In this document: piece by piece, positions 27,089-40,600 of the stretch
Numbering within the stretch: position 1 is the first letter of the stretch
Layout: the number at the start of each line of letters is the position of its first letter
Assembly: GCF_018350175.1 (NCBI RefSeq)
Contig: NC_058368.1
Coordinates: 81,470,001 to 81,534,000 of the forward strand
DNA from: Felis catus
Taxonomy: Eukaryota
Length of the DNA: 64,000 nt
Direction of reading: 5' to 3'
Notes under the pieces: generated by a model
Database searches by the model: none
What the model was told of the DNA's origin: nothing
The model's input: the letters and a program-made list of their open reading frames with translations, nothing else
Translations under genes and position numbers: made by a program

Positions 27089-27649
27089 GAAAAACAAAAG
27101 GTAAAGTTAACGCAGTGTAATGATAGTGCAATTTCCAAATATTATGGAAGAGGCAGCCTCTAGACAAATATTTTTGAATTTCTAATGGAAAAATAACATT
27201 TCTTTTATTTATTTTTTATGTATTTTTGAGTGTTAACAAATAGTTGTAGCGATAATTAGCATCTTTGTATATTTATTGAGAACCAGCACTAAGTCTGTAT
27301 ATTCACAGCAAAGTGCCTTCGGCACAGATAATAGCACCAACCCGTGCCTGTGAATTGACAGTCTTCTCTAAACACAGACTGGAAATTCGGCAATTATCAC
27401 TACAGCTGTTTGTTAAAATTTGACAATAGATAAATAATGACTAGAAATCAATCTTTTCATTAAAATTCAAGAAACAAAAATATCTAAAGGAATTTTATTA
27501 TTCCTTTAACAAGCCCAGGCCAGGCTGCAAGAAACTCCTACACATACGTTTCGGAGACACACGCCATGTTTCTTCTCACAGATGTGCGTCCTGCTGGAGA
27601 CGGAGAGGTCGCGCCTGTGCCCTCCGCTCTTCTCACCGCCACTCCCCAC

Positions 27650-27994
27650 TCACTGACACGCAGGCGGAGCACACAACTCACACCCACGCTCTTGCACCCA
27701 CATCTGCAATGCACACCCACACTCACGTGTGCACGCCCACGCACACTCACACATCTGCACACTCAGATTAACAAACGCACGCGCATTCACACAATACCCA
27801 CACCCACACACATCTGCACACCCACACTCCCACACACCCACTCACACCCCCCTGCGCACACACACACCCTCAGTCACGCATGTGCACACTTATACTCACA
27901 CATCTGTACACTCACACTCAGGTGTGCGCGCACCCTCACACGTGCACACTCACACATTCACACTCATATACACATCTGTACACACTCACACAAC

Positions 27995-28025
<31 letters not shown>

Positions 28026-28026
28026 A
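27650..28026. repeat. Degenerate (CA)n tract ending in a perfect (CA)n microsatellite
   Basis: Seen directly. Confidence 0.9.
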
Positions 28027-29369
28027 GAGATGGTGCTGAGCCAAAGTGTCCACATTGCTTATTCTCTCCACTGACTAGACCAGCAAATGTGTTCTTGCCC
28101 TAAATAACCCCCTTCCTCCAAACAAACAAACAAACTGGTTTGTGCCATAGATGTTAATTCATTGAAAACATTGAGTTAGATATTATCTGAGAATTAAGTG
28201 TGTTGTGGGCTTTTGTTACAAAGAAAAGGCGAGGAGCAGGCGGAGCTGAGACGGATGAGTGTGGTGAGCCCTTCCCATTCCGGCAGGAGAGTGCGGACAG
28301 GCTCCAGTCACAGAAGAGACGAGAAGAGACGAGGTGTCTGACAGGCGCATGGCCTTCCTGTCACCAGACATGGAGGGTGACGGGTCAGCCCACTGCAGAG
28401 TGAACAATGGCCAGCAGAGATCTTGTAAGATTCCCTGCAGGGTTTCTGCCTGGTTTCAGCTTGCAGGGAGGTGGGCCAAGAAAAGAAACGGCGAATATTC
28501 CAAATCAATCTCCAGCTAAGGATTCGGGGCCAACGGAGCCCCTCTCTGTCACGATTTCCGGCGTTTCTTCATTTTCACAGTAGTGCCTGTGCCCCTCCCT
28601 CCCCTGCGGGACAGGACAGTCACCCTCCCAAAAGCCCGCACAGCTCACAGATCTCCAGTTTCAAACTTTCCTTAAAAGATAAATATAGTCCTTTCCATTT
28701 TGGAGCAGAAATGTTTTCTTTCTTTCTCGTTTCCCTGCCATCCTTCTTAAATGGTGGGGTGCTACCCCGCACAAGGAAAACGGTTATCTACAAACTATAA
28801 CAGCACAGCAAGATGCGTCTGGAGGGGGTATCGCTCTCCCTGCCACTGGACGAGCTACCCTCACCACCTACCACGGCATGGCCTCTGTCAGGACACGGCC
28901 ACTAAAGTCCACTTCCCCGCCTTTGTGGCTACCACTGACACACCTCAGTGGGGTCTGTGCCGTGAGAAGGGGGCACCAGGCTGTGGCCACGAGAGTGGAA
29001 CAGAGTGCGGAAGGGAGGGTCTTCCGGTGTGACGGCTGTGTGGGCCGAGCCAGCCGGGTCGCCGGGAACGTGAGCGCAGGTGAGCCGCGTGCTGTCTGTC
29101 TCAAGAATGAATCCTGTTTGGGTCAAATTTTGATCACAGGAAGTTTCCACACCAGGACGTGAACAGGAATGGACCTCGTGCGATTGCTTGCCCGGTAGAC
29201 AAACACTGATTCGATAGTTTATTGACCGTCTTTTCTGCTGGAGGCTGGATGCGGGAAGCATGTGACAGGGATGGCTCGTCTTCAGTGGTCATTCAACACC
29301 ACCCCTGGGTTTGCACCCCTAACTCTGCCCCGTGATAGCCCTGAGGTCTCAATTCCTGGGCTGTGGGAC

Positions 29370-29620
29370 TTTGAACGTAAGCAACGGTAACCTGGTTCAA
29401 ACTGGCTTAAGAAAGAAGTGGAATGCCCTGGCTCATGTACCTGCGAAGGCCAGCAACAGGCATGGCTGGATCAGGGCGTTCAAACAATGAGGACCCGGCA
29501 GTGTCATCTGTGTTGGCCTCCCTCTCATTGGGCTTGCCGCACACAGGACGAGCAGGGTCACCAGCGTTTCCAAGCTTCGGGGCCCTCCAGCTCTATCAGT
29601 TCTCACTCTCAAATGGTCTG
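29370..29620 (-). mobile_element. Old MLT1-type LTR fragment
   Basis: aagcaacggtaacctggttcaaactggcttaagaaagaag...ggctcatgtacctg...catggctggatcaggg. Confidence 0.55.
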
Positions 29621-30307
29621 GACAGAAAACACGTGCTGTGTGCACGCGAATGTACACGAGGACGGAGAGAGGGCAGGAGACAGGTCAGGCAAATCTGGCA
29701 GGATGTCGTTTGGGGAACCCGGAGAATTTGGACTCACTAGTACTTCTCTTGCAAGTTTTCAGCGAGGCTGAAGTTCTGGCTTTGAAGCCGCCCTCTCCTG
29801 ACGGCTCCCACCACCCCAACAAGCAGGCCTGGAGCCCTGGGCCTCCCCTGGGTCCGCAGTGGACCCAGGTGTGCGCGGCTCTGCCAGCCTCCCGCCCACC
29901 CTGGAGCCGGCGTGGGGTCAACCTCAGCAGACCCACGCGGCCGGCAGGGGAAGGGTGGCTCCCCACACGCAGACTGGGTGCTGCAGCCAAAATGAGGGGT
30001 GTGGATGCTGGCCACACTTTCCCCCGACATTCCAGCCAGTGGCCGCCCTTCTGTCCCTTTCCTGGGCCCGCCGGAGCAGAGGCCATCAGACGGTGATTCT
30101 CAGAAGCAAAAATCCCTACAGTCCCAACCCAGACAGTCATGGGATTGACCACGACCTGCGATTCTCACACATCTCCAAGAGGTGATGGGATTCACCAGAG
30201 GAGGTGAGATCTGTTAAGAAAACACAGCCATGGTCTTTTTGAAGAAAATCGTCTTCCTATTTTTTTTTTTTTTTTTTTTTACAAAAGTACTTATTTTCTT
30301 TGAACAG

Positions 30308-30365
30308 GAAATAAACCTGGTCAATGGAGTGATTTTATCAAAATATCCCATTACATACAGGAAAG
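30308..30365 (+). other. Candidate 58-nt internal exon (gene unknown)
   Basis: Poly-T and ttattttctttgaacag acceptor; AAG|gtaagt donor. Confidence 0.35.
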
Positions 30366-31360
30366 GTAAGTGAGCACTGAAATTCAACCGAAACCAGACT
30401 ATTCCAGTGAATGCGAACATGCCAGAAACATCAAACTGGTGTGAACCTGTGGGGTCAGACCCTAACCCAGCCCCCCGGGGTGTGAGTGGAACAGCACAGG
30501 CACGTCGGAGGAGCCCCTCGGAGCCCAGAGACCCTCTCCGGAGTGGAACAGTGTGAAGATACCACCTTTTATCTATTTCTTGTAACACGTAAAGACACGC
30601 ACAGCTCCGGGCCGCAGTGTCTCCATATTTATATTTGGATTGTTGTGCCTTTAATGCTGTCTATTTTCTGCCTTTTAGGTGCTCCGGCGGTTGTAACATG
30701 TTAACACTGCTCTGGAATAAGTGCTTTTTGTGAGAAGTTCATCCTCCGGGTTCAAACACATTGCATTTCCCGGTAAAATTTTATTTTGCAATTATTACAC
30801 TTTTTAAGAAATTTTCATGCCACAAGATGTGAAGTCCAAAATATTTATGTTTCTGATTGTCAGTCTTTCCTTCTTCAAGATGTCGAAGTGAAAACAAAAT
30901 AGACAACTCATTTTGTTGAATCAATACAGGCGTATTATCACAGCGAGATTATAATTCCGGCGCACAATACCTGCATTTTCAGAGCACAGCAAGGAGGCCG
31001 GGAGGCGCTCAGACGCACAGCAGGTAACTAGTATCAATAAAGTAGCCCAGATCTGTGTTCCAACAACACAGGGGTCGAACTTCAACCTACAAAAGTTGAC
31101 GAAAAGCAGAGTTAAGGTCAAAGTCACCCCAAACCCACCTCTGGCTTTGGGGGGCGGGGGAAACTGCCGGGAGGGAGCTCGTCTGGCGTGGCCTCCTGGT
31201 GCCCGTGGCTCCACCGGGAGACCAGGGTTCATCTGGGGCCAAGGCACAGGGACTGACAGTGACACTAAAACACTGGAAGGCTACCTCCTAGACATCCATG
31301 TCTCCCTACTGCTACCCTCTCATTAGCGCCCCATTGCTGCCACCTCACACCCTCGAGACC

Positions 31361-32071
31361 CCTCCTTCTTCCTCCTCCCTCCTCCTCTTCCCTTCTCCTC
31401 CTCTCTCCTCCCCCTCCCTCCTTCTCGTCCTCTCTCCTCCCTCTTCCCTTCTCCCCCTCCTCCTCTCCTCCTCCCCCTCCTTCCCCCCTCCTCCTCCCTC
31501 CCCCCTCCCTCCTCCTTCCCCTCCTCTCCTCTTCCTCTCCTCCTCCCCCTCTTCCTCTTCCCTCCTCCTCCCTCCTCCCTTCTCCTCCCCCTCCTCCCTT
31601 CTCCTCCCCCTCCTCCCTCCTCCTCCCTCCTCCTCCTCCCTCTTTTCTATCCTCCCTCCTCCCCCTCCCACCTCCTCCAATTCCTCTCTCCTCTTCCTCC
31701 GTCTCCTTCTCTCTCCTCCCCCCTCTCCTCCTGCCTCTTCCCCCTCCTCCTGCCTCCTCCCCCTCTTCCTCCCCCTCCTCCCTCTCCCTCCTCCTCCCTC
31801 CTCCCCCTCCCTCCTTCTCGTCCTCCGTCCTCCTCCCTCCTCCTCCTCCTCGTCCTCCCTTTCCTCTCTCCTCCCCCTCCCTTCTTCTCATCCTCCCTCC
31901 TCCCCCTCCTCCTCCCTTCCCCCTCCCCCCTCCTTCTCATCCTCCCTCCTCCTCCTCCTCTCCTCCCCTCCCTCCTCCTCCTTCCCTTCCTCCTCCTCCC
32001 TTCTCCTCCCTCCCCCTCCCCCTCCTCCCCCTCCTCCCCCTCCTCCTCTCTTCCTCCCCCTCCTCTTCCTC
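31361..32071. repeat. (CCT)n-based polypyrimidine/polypurine tract
   Basis: About 710 bp almost entirely C/T on the + strand. Confidence 0.97.
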
Positions 32072-34279
32072 TGTGCCAACATATCTCTGCACCATGGCCT
32101 CAGCATTCTGACGATCTCTTCTCCAGAAACAATTTTATAACAAACTAGAATAGGCTTCAATCGCACATAAGCAAAGCGAGACTTTATAGTATTCAAGCAC
32201 ACTTCTGAATGTACTGAAGATACATATAATCTGAATGTAAATTTTATGTCTATTTTGGCTCCCAGAACTTAATGACACGCAGAGTTTCCTACAATGAGTC
32301 AATAGCAGATCCCAAAATACAGAACAGTTTATTGGTTGTCTACCAAGCAAGACTTCAAGGCTTTGGGTGTGCGTGACTGGCTCTCGGGCCAAGACCACAC
32401 GTGTGTTCACACACACACAGATGCCCTGTCCTTGCCCGTGGCCCAGCGCTGTACTGAGAGACAAGGCCATAAGTGTCCCTGTCACGGGAGGAGGTTACAG
32501 AGGCTTGCTGTAGGACGTCACTATTTTCAATCCTATGAGTCATCACGATATTTCCTGAAAAGAGCCACCTCAGCATGTGAGGGCAGGAAATGGCATGTGA
32601 GGCCCACGGCCGGGCCTCAAATCCACCTCCATCCACCCGTGGCCGGGGACACGTGGGTTGCTGGCAGTGCCCGTGCCGTGGCCTGCGAGCCCAGCAGATG
32701 CCAGGTCACCCTGAGCCACAGGGCAGTATTTCCAAACTCAGCAAGACAGCCTTCGAGGACATGCACCCATCTACCCCCAACCAGGGACGGGGCCACGCCC
32801 CCATTCACCACCCCGCCCCCCCTCCCCCTGGCGACAAGGTGGTGGGGCTTCGAGGGCTGGACGTTCTGAGGGCCAAGCATTGTCCCCCCACATCAAGAGG
32901 GAAGAATATGCTTGCACTCCCACAGGAGACCAGATGTGCCAAAGGCCACCGCAGCCCCGCGTGGCTCCCTTGCTGCTCGGCCCTAGCGCCCATGGCGGAC
33001 AAGGATGAACGCCCGTCCCAGGCCACCCGACGCGCCAACAAGGCCACTGCTGCCAGGACCACCGGCCCTGTGCACTCTCCCAACACCCCCCATCCTCACC
33101 GCCGAGGGCCCGCCTCCTCCTCAGGGTGGGGGTGCACAGGGGATGAGGCCCAGAAATGGGTCAGGATGTCTGTTTCCCTCATTCTTAGGTGACCGAAAAC
33201 CATGAAATGCGGTGGCCTGATTTTCAGGTCCTCTCCCCCATCCCAGCACCCTGACCATGGGGGCCATGTCCACACAGGCCTGTGGGAGGCACGAGATACC
33301 CCGGCAGACCACCGTACCGGCCCCATCTCTGTCTCTGGTTGCTGGTGACTCCGGGCACTCAGGCCTGGACGCAGCCGCACAGAGTGAGGCCGTGACAGCC
33401 ACGTGAGTCAGGTCCCACTGCTTCCCTGGGCTCCCAGGGAGAGGCCAGCCCGCATGGACATCCCCCACCCCCAGTGGTTCCACTCAGCCTGCACGCCCAC
33501 ACCATGGCCAAGGTCAGCCTTCACCCCCAGAACTCCGAGGCCACTTGGAATGGGCCACAGAGCCTGCGACGACGGCCATGGGTGCAGACCTGGGTCCACC
33601 CGCACGGAAACGGGTTCCAGAGGGTTCTAGCAGGCCCCAGAGGCCCAGCTGGGCTTTGGTGGCTCGCCGGCCTGGGCCCACATGGGCCCCAAGCCAGGTA
33701 TCTGTCCCCCCATCAGACATGACCTCCTCCCAGCGCCTGCACCCTGATTGCTCACCCCCTGTCAGACAGGATGTGCCAGGGGGCAGCGCCGGACCTCAAA
33801 GCTGCTTGGTGCACAGCGTCCGTCCCTTTCTCACACACACTCCGTCCCAAAAGCCCAGAACCTGGAGAACATGGCCTGGGCGTCACCCCGAAGCAGGCTG
33901 GGGACCCTCAAGGCAGAAGGGCTTCCATGGAGGGTCCCGGGAGGGTGGGGCAGGGGCAGACCAGGCTTGTCCAGGCAGTACCAGTTTAGTGCCTTGACTT
34001 TAGGCTCCCGAGTGACGGTCTGTCATTTCTTCTGGAAACATCCACCGAGGCGACTCCACCAGCAGCTCTCCAGGCCACATGGGGAAATGTGGAGCCACCG
34101 AAGCCAAGGCCTCGCATGCAGTCAGGGCCCCAAACAGGTTCAGGAGGCTCGCGGCCCTCAGTGCCCTCTCACCTTCATCAAGGGACCCATTAAAGCCCTG
34201 AAGTTCCCTTATCGTGTGGAGCCACAGCCACGGCCCCACGGCATCCCCTGCTCCAGATCTGCGGCCACAGGACCAGCAG

Positions 34280-34336
34280 AAGTCCCACGTCAGGGTTCTC
34301 TGCACCCAAAGTCCCACGTCAGGGTTCTCTGCGCCC
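34280..34336. repeat. Two-copy 29-bp tandem duplication
   Basis: aagtcccacgtcagggttctctgc(a/g)ccc twice. Confidence 0.9.
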
Positions 34337-35409
34337 GGAGCCGGCCCCTCCCCGGGCTTCCCCACCTACGTCCCTGAGCCGGTCCCCCAGCCTCTGGAAG
34401 AGGGCCCGGGAGAGGAGGTCCAGATGCGGCCACGTGTGTTGACTCTCTGAGGACCACACCTGGGCCCCAGGCGTCCCCCACCCTGTTCCAGTGCCCTGCC
34501 CAGCACCCCAAGCCGGGCCTGCGTCCACCCCGCATAGCCCCAGCGCCTCCTCTCACGTCTGCCCGCGAGGCTTCGGGTCCCGGCACAGCCGCGTTCTGGG
34601 CACTCGACCCGCTGTGTTCTTCTGGCACCTTCCAGAGGGCGCCCGCCCCAGACGGCGTGAACGCTTGTGACAGTCCCCCCACAGGGCGCACGGTCGTTCC
34701 CTAACTCGGTTCAAGATTTCTCAAGGACAGAGCTCTTGGGCGGCCCCAGCCCGCGGCCTCCTGGGCCTGTGGTGTGTGGAGGGTTATTTCACTCTTTTTA
34801 AAAATGGGACGAAAGCTACTTTTCATGGAAACCTTGGAGAGCATCCTCCACCATATTGGCGGCAGTGAAAAGACACACACACACCAGAGCAGATGGCTCA
34901 GGCTGTATTTACACAACAGGAAAGGACGTTCTGTTACTTTAATGGGCTGTTTTCCCCAAATCCTTCATCTGGACAGCACAGCATCCTGACTCAGGGCGAG
35001 CGCAGGCTGGATTCGGTCCACGGCAGGCCCCGAATGGCTCTGGCGCGGTGAGGGCGCCAAACACCAGCTCAGATCCCGCTCCCTCCCGCCCAGCCGGCCT
35101 CCTCCCCTCACGGCATCCTCCGGCTCTGTGGGCTTTTCTCCCCGAAAACGGCACTTTGAAGTGCAAGCTTCCCCAGGGCTGTTTCCTGCAGGCGTCCTCA
35201 AGGGAAGGGGACCCGGCCACACTGAGGGCAGCACTGGACTGCGGGAGGCAGGGGGCTCCCGGGCTCAGTCTGTGCCAGGCAGGGGTGCAGAGGCCAGGGC
35301 CTCTGTCCAGGGTAGCTGACGGGTGCAACGCCCGCCTCGCCTCCGGCGGGAGTGTGGGCCTGAACGGGGAGCCCACAGTGTGGATCACAGTGGAGAAGTC
35401 AGAAAATTG

Positions 35410-36330
35410 GAATCAGAGCAAATTGCCACAACATGTGACTAGAAAGTAAGAGCTCTCGACTGAAGGAGCGTCCAACGGCCAAATGTGGGACCACTTCAAC
35501 CATAATAATAACAGATTGTGTCCCATGGGACATAATAAACACCCAAGGGCTTAGGCTGATACAGATAAATAGTTGATACATAAGGGGAAAGGGAAGCTCT
35601 TACCGCGGAATCTAACTAATAAATGTAGACTCGATGATGGAAATAGAAATCACACTTGGCAAGCGACACGGTGATAATTGTCGAAGCCAGAGCCATCAAT
35701 GCCGGCAAAAACTGGTAGGTGAAAATATAACGAGGAACGGGCTATTTGCCTTGTCCCAAAATATCTTCCCATAAATACTTACTGGTTACCAAGAGGAAAA
35801 GCACAAGTTCACAGTGGAGACAACTGGCAGGCAGGGCCCTGAGCACCTGACGGAAGCAGCCTTCACCAGGGGGGGACACCTGGGCACCGGGCACCCCTCA
35901 GGCCCCACTTGGGTGGACTTCTGGCCAAAGACGCAAACTCGGGCTTATTCGTGAGGAAGCCCCAGGCAAACCCCAACTGAGCCATGTTTTGGAAAATCAC
36001 AGGCCGTCCCTCTGCGAAACCGCCAAGGTCATTAAAGACAAACGTGTACGAAGGAATGGTCTCCGATGAGAGAAACACGCAGACATGGGGCCCGAGGCCA
36101 GCTCTCAGGACGGAAAAGGGACGTTTGTGAGGAGGGTGGCAACCTTTGAATCGGGTCCGTAGATTAACCAGCAAGAATGTACCGGTGCTAACTGCCTGAT
36201 GTTGATATCGAGCTGTGATTCTACGAGACGGTGACACTTGGGGGAATTGAGTGAAGGGTAGGCGAGAACGCTTTAGTTTTGAAATTATTTTGTAAATCTG
36301 AGGTGATTTCTGAATGAAAAGTTACAGAAT
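35410..36330 (+). mobile_element. L1MC-type 3' UTR
   Basis: gaaatagaaatcacacttggcaa...ttcacagtggagacaactggcag...ttttgtaaatctgaggtgatttc. Confidence 0.8.
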
Positions 36331-37244
36331 AAAGTAAGGCTGTTGACGAACAGGTGCTCCCGCGGTCTTCTCCCAGGACCTGCTTTGACCACGGGCACTG
36401 CCCACACCACACCACAACCCCTCCACCAGCGTGGGGAGACTCAAGTCCCTGCCACTCAGCTGGTGGCTGTCCACGTGGGGCCCAGGCCTCTGTGCACTGG
36501 GAAGCTGGCAGGTGTCCACTGGGCCTCATCGCCGCTGCCACCCTGCGCACTAAGAGCCATCCAGGACCCGCCCCAAGCCTCCTGCTCTCCCCTTTGGACA
36601 CTAGGACCCTGCCACCCACCCAGACAGGGACTTTTCTGGAGGACAATAAGGGCCAGGACTCCGAGTCAGCCGGCTGCTCACACCCCCTCCGTGTGGACGG
36701 GTCCGGCTGCCTACGGCACCTGGACAGGAGCTCCACACCCTCATTTCCAGGTCTTGCTTTCATTGTCCTGCAAAGTGGTTCTAAGGATCACCGGGTCGAG
36801 CGTAAGGAAAGGGAGAAGCATTTTCTACAGACGCTGGTGCTGTCGCCAACAAGGGTGACGCACTCATTGTTCCCTTGGCTGAGACGCACGGTGACGTGGT
36901 TTCCGGAGCACCACAGCCCTGCGGGCCAAAACACCGGGAAGTGGATGGCACTCCTCTCCAGGTGGGTGCGAAGGAGCCGCGTGGACACAGACCTGGCACG
37001 GTGCCCAGGCCCAGGGGGCAGTCTGGGGTGGGGTGGGGGGGACGTAGGGTCTGTGCACCACCCATGGGGGGCACCGTGAGACCACCGGGTGACCCTGGGG
37101 GCGAAAGCATGCACAATGTCCGGCACAGCTAGGAGCAAGTGTGGGTGAGGGACACACAAGGAGGATGCAGTTTTGTGTCTCAGCCCCAGTGAGCAGCCCC
37201 CTCCTCACGGGACCACCGACACCTAGGCCTCGTGTTAGTGTGAA

Positions 37245-37670
37245 CTTCACACACACACACGTGAAGTACACGCGTGCACACAGATGTGCCTGTGAATAAC
37301 ACGTGCACGCTCACCTACGACAGGCACAGAGAGCAACGGCACACGAACACAGCACACGTAAGGTACGTGTGAGGTGTGCACGACACTCATGGAAAAAACC
37401 CACACCCGTGTTCTGTCGTGCGTCTAAGAAGTACAACATGCAAGCATAGCAGCGTCGCGCATGAATGTCACAGACACAACACGTAATGCACACGTGCGGT
37501 ACGTGTAACCCGCGTGTGAGGAGCCCACGCAAAGATGTAGGTAATATCGCACACAACACACATCGCGGCGTGCGCGGACGGCACCTGTAACATGTAGTGT
37601 AAACGTGCGACACGCTAGAACACACGTGTGTAAAATGACAGGCACCTGTGACAGCGCGTCTCCACGGCAG
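37245..37670. repeat. Degenerate alternating purine-pyrimidine (CA/CG/TA) tract
   Basis: cacacgtg, acgcgtg and acatgt-type units, unusually CpG-rich. Confidence 0.7.
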
Positions 37671-40600
37671 GCGTGGTAAACTCACAGAGCGCTAACACCT
37701 CCCCCCATTTTCTCAGAGGAGGCCGCACACACCATCGTCACACTTCGTGAGTGAGGAAGTGGTTGGTTTGCTGAGTGTCAGCTTTGGAAACATTGTCCCA
37801 TTTGGGAAACCTGGCCGGTTCCGCTTTCCTGGACTCGCACGCAAGTGTGGGCGCCGGCATCTGGGCCCAGCCGCCCTGCACGGCTCACGCGAACTCCCGA
37901 GCGGCATCCAACCAGCTAGAAGCTTCCCTGGGTCATTGTCCCCGAGCCTCAGGCTTTTCCAAGAGCCCGCCCCACCCCGAGGGGCCCCTCCCACACACAC
38001 CGGGCGCCTGGCCTCTCCTTCTGGAAGCCCCAAAGCCTCCTGCGGGAGTGGGAGCCGCCGGAATGAATTGCCACAGTTAGCACTTGCAGCAAGGGTCCCG
38101 CATTGTGGCCAAGGAGCATAATAAGTGTGCCGTGAAAGGAAAATACTTTTAATTAAAGCTGCTAAGAACAGTGCCAAGAAAACCGAGGCTGGAACAGGAC
38201 TGGGGCCGGAGGCTCGCCCCGCACCTGCCTCTGCTGCACAGGCGGGGCGGGGCGAGCAGAGCCGGGCCAGGCAGCCCCCCACCCCCATCCTGAGCAGGCC
38301 AGTCAGAGGGGCAGAGAGCGGGCGCCACGGTGAGCAGGCCTGTGCTCCATCACGGCCAAGGTGAGCCCATCTTCTCCCCGTTCTCCTTCCTCGGAGCCTA
38401 GTGGGGACCCTGCTCTCGACCGTCAGGCTCTCACTGCTGAGCCCTCTGCTGAGCCGCCCGCGGCCAGCGCGCCCACCGTGAGCACACGCTGCTGCCCACA
38501 GGTCCTGCCCTGCTGCTGACGCTGGGGTCGCCCGGAGAGACGCGTGCACCTCAGACGGCATCCGGGGCCACAGTGATGCCAGGGAAACTTCCAGAGGCTC
38601 TTCTTGCTCCTGTTACTCGGAGACACCCGTCAACTCCAAGTAGACAGCCGGGCAAGCTGGTCGTGAGCCAGACAAGCTCAGGAGAAGGAATGGGGAGGGG
38701 TCTGTGGGGTGCTGTGAGGTCACGTTCACACCCTCCCCGGCAGAACCCGGGAGACGTGAGGGCTGCTCACTGTGGCCCTACGACCTTCGAAAGTCGGCCC
38801 CCCAAACCAGGGACGGACGTCGCAGGAAGGCGCTGGCCGGGCCGCCCCTCGGGCCACAGGTGTGCCGCGGGCACAGGGCAGTCAGCGCCTCACTCGGCTT
38901 CATTGAGACCCGTTCCTGGCACGACTTTTACCAAAAACTTCTGTCTGGCTCATCCGAATCCAGGCCGCCTCTGGTGATTTTTAGTTGCTTTAATTTAATT
39001 AACTTTCTGAGACCCAGAGCATATTGGTAAAATACAGTCCCCGGTCACATCTACACGATTGCTAACAACCTACCCAATTACAGGAGGGGGTCCTGACCTC
39101 GCACCTGGTAATTAAAATTGCTAATCACTAGCAATTATCTGGCTCGGCTTTAGAGGCGAGGGAAACCGTGTGACCCTTCGCTCACAGCGGGAACAATGTT
39201 TGTGTCCATCCCGCGCTTAGCAAAGCCGTCCTGGCCCCTGCCTCTTAAGTGCCACTAATAGGAGATCCCACAAAAGAGCTGTGACATCTGCAGGGATGTC
39301 CGGGCCCAGGTCTGCGCACACAGGTGCTGGCATAAGGCTGCCAAAGCGGGAGCCCCGAGCAGGAAAATGTACCAATAATGAAGCGCCTTCGCAGCCGGCC
39401 TCTCAGCCAGGACCCGGCCCCAGCCCTCGGGGAGCGGCGCACGACCAGGCCTTTTGTCCTGCAGGCCCGCCTGGTCAAAAGCACTGGATGGGATTTCTTT
39501 TTTTTATCTTCTCTTTAATGAGTCTTCTCCGTGCTCCAGCAGAAGTGAAAGATGTTGCCTAGTCTTTTATTTTGCAGGGAGCCTGGGCTTTCTCCCCCCA
39601 TCTCAGAGGGCGGAGGGTCTGTTTTCACTGCTGGGCTGAAGTGGTTCTTGGACAAGACCGGCTGTGACCGGCTGCTGGGAAGAGGCCCTCAACTAGTTCA
39701 GGCTCCCAAGAGGTGGCTTCACACAGCCCCGGGGCCCAGCGGGGGCTCCCAGGGCCCTGCCTCTCCATCCGGGTTCCCGTCCTGCAGGCGCACACGCGCC
39801 TGCACTTTCCCCCTGGCCGTCTGAGGAGGAGATGGCCGGGCTTGGACATACGAGGTCATCAGCACAATACGGGGACCTACGTGACCCGGACTCAGCCACC
39901 GGCAGACAGCAGGGGACACTCCCAGGGGACTTTCGTGCCGGCTGAGGACGGTGACGGGAAAGTCAGTGCAACACCCCGTTTGGCCCTTTATAAAAACATA
40001 AAGTAGAATTAAGTACCACGGATTCTAAAGTATGCCTTCTAAGGAAAAGATAAAAAGAAAACACATAAAATGAAATGCCTTCCCGTGTTTGGCTCCCCAC
40101 TTAGCCCTCTCTCAGCCCGTCTTTCCCTCTCTCTGGAACCCAGGGGTCTGCCCTAGGCTCTCCCCAGAGTGTGGCCATGGGACCCCGGGGTGTCCAGCAC
40201 CTTCTGGGGGTCAGCAAGGTTGGAGTTGTTTTCCCGACAACGCTGAGATGCTCCCGGCCTTTTCACCATGTGGACATCTGCACCGACGCCCCAAAGCAAC
40301 AGCGGGTCAACTTCGGGGACCTCAGGGTGAACCAGGGCAGCGGCACCCAAGTGTCTGGTGTCATCACTGTGCTGGCCACCATCACCCTCAGAGCAGGCCC
40401 AGAAAATGCCAGTTGCACTTAACAATGTGCTTGATGAAGTCATTTTATGAAGTCTGAACGCACAAGAACGCGGGGCTAGCCTCCCAGGCGAGACACCCGA
40501 GCACCCCTGTGGCCTCAGTGCGCAGAAGGGCCAGCGCGCGGCCAATGCTGTGCAGTCCCCATCTCAAAACTCTTCATTTGTCCTTAAACAAGAGCCCCGC

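Noticed and set aside
31265..32202. Pro/Ser-rich and Gly/Glu/Arg-rich ORFs
   Set aside because: Translations of the (CCT)n tract
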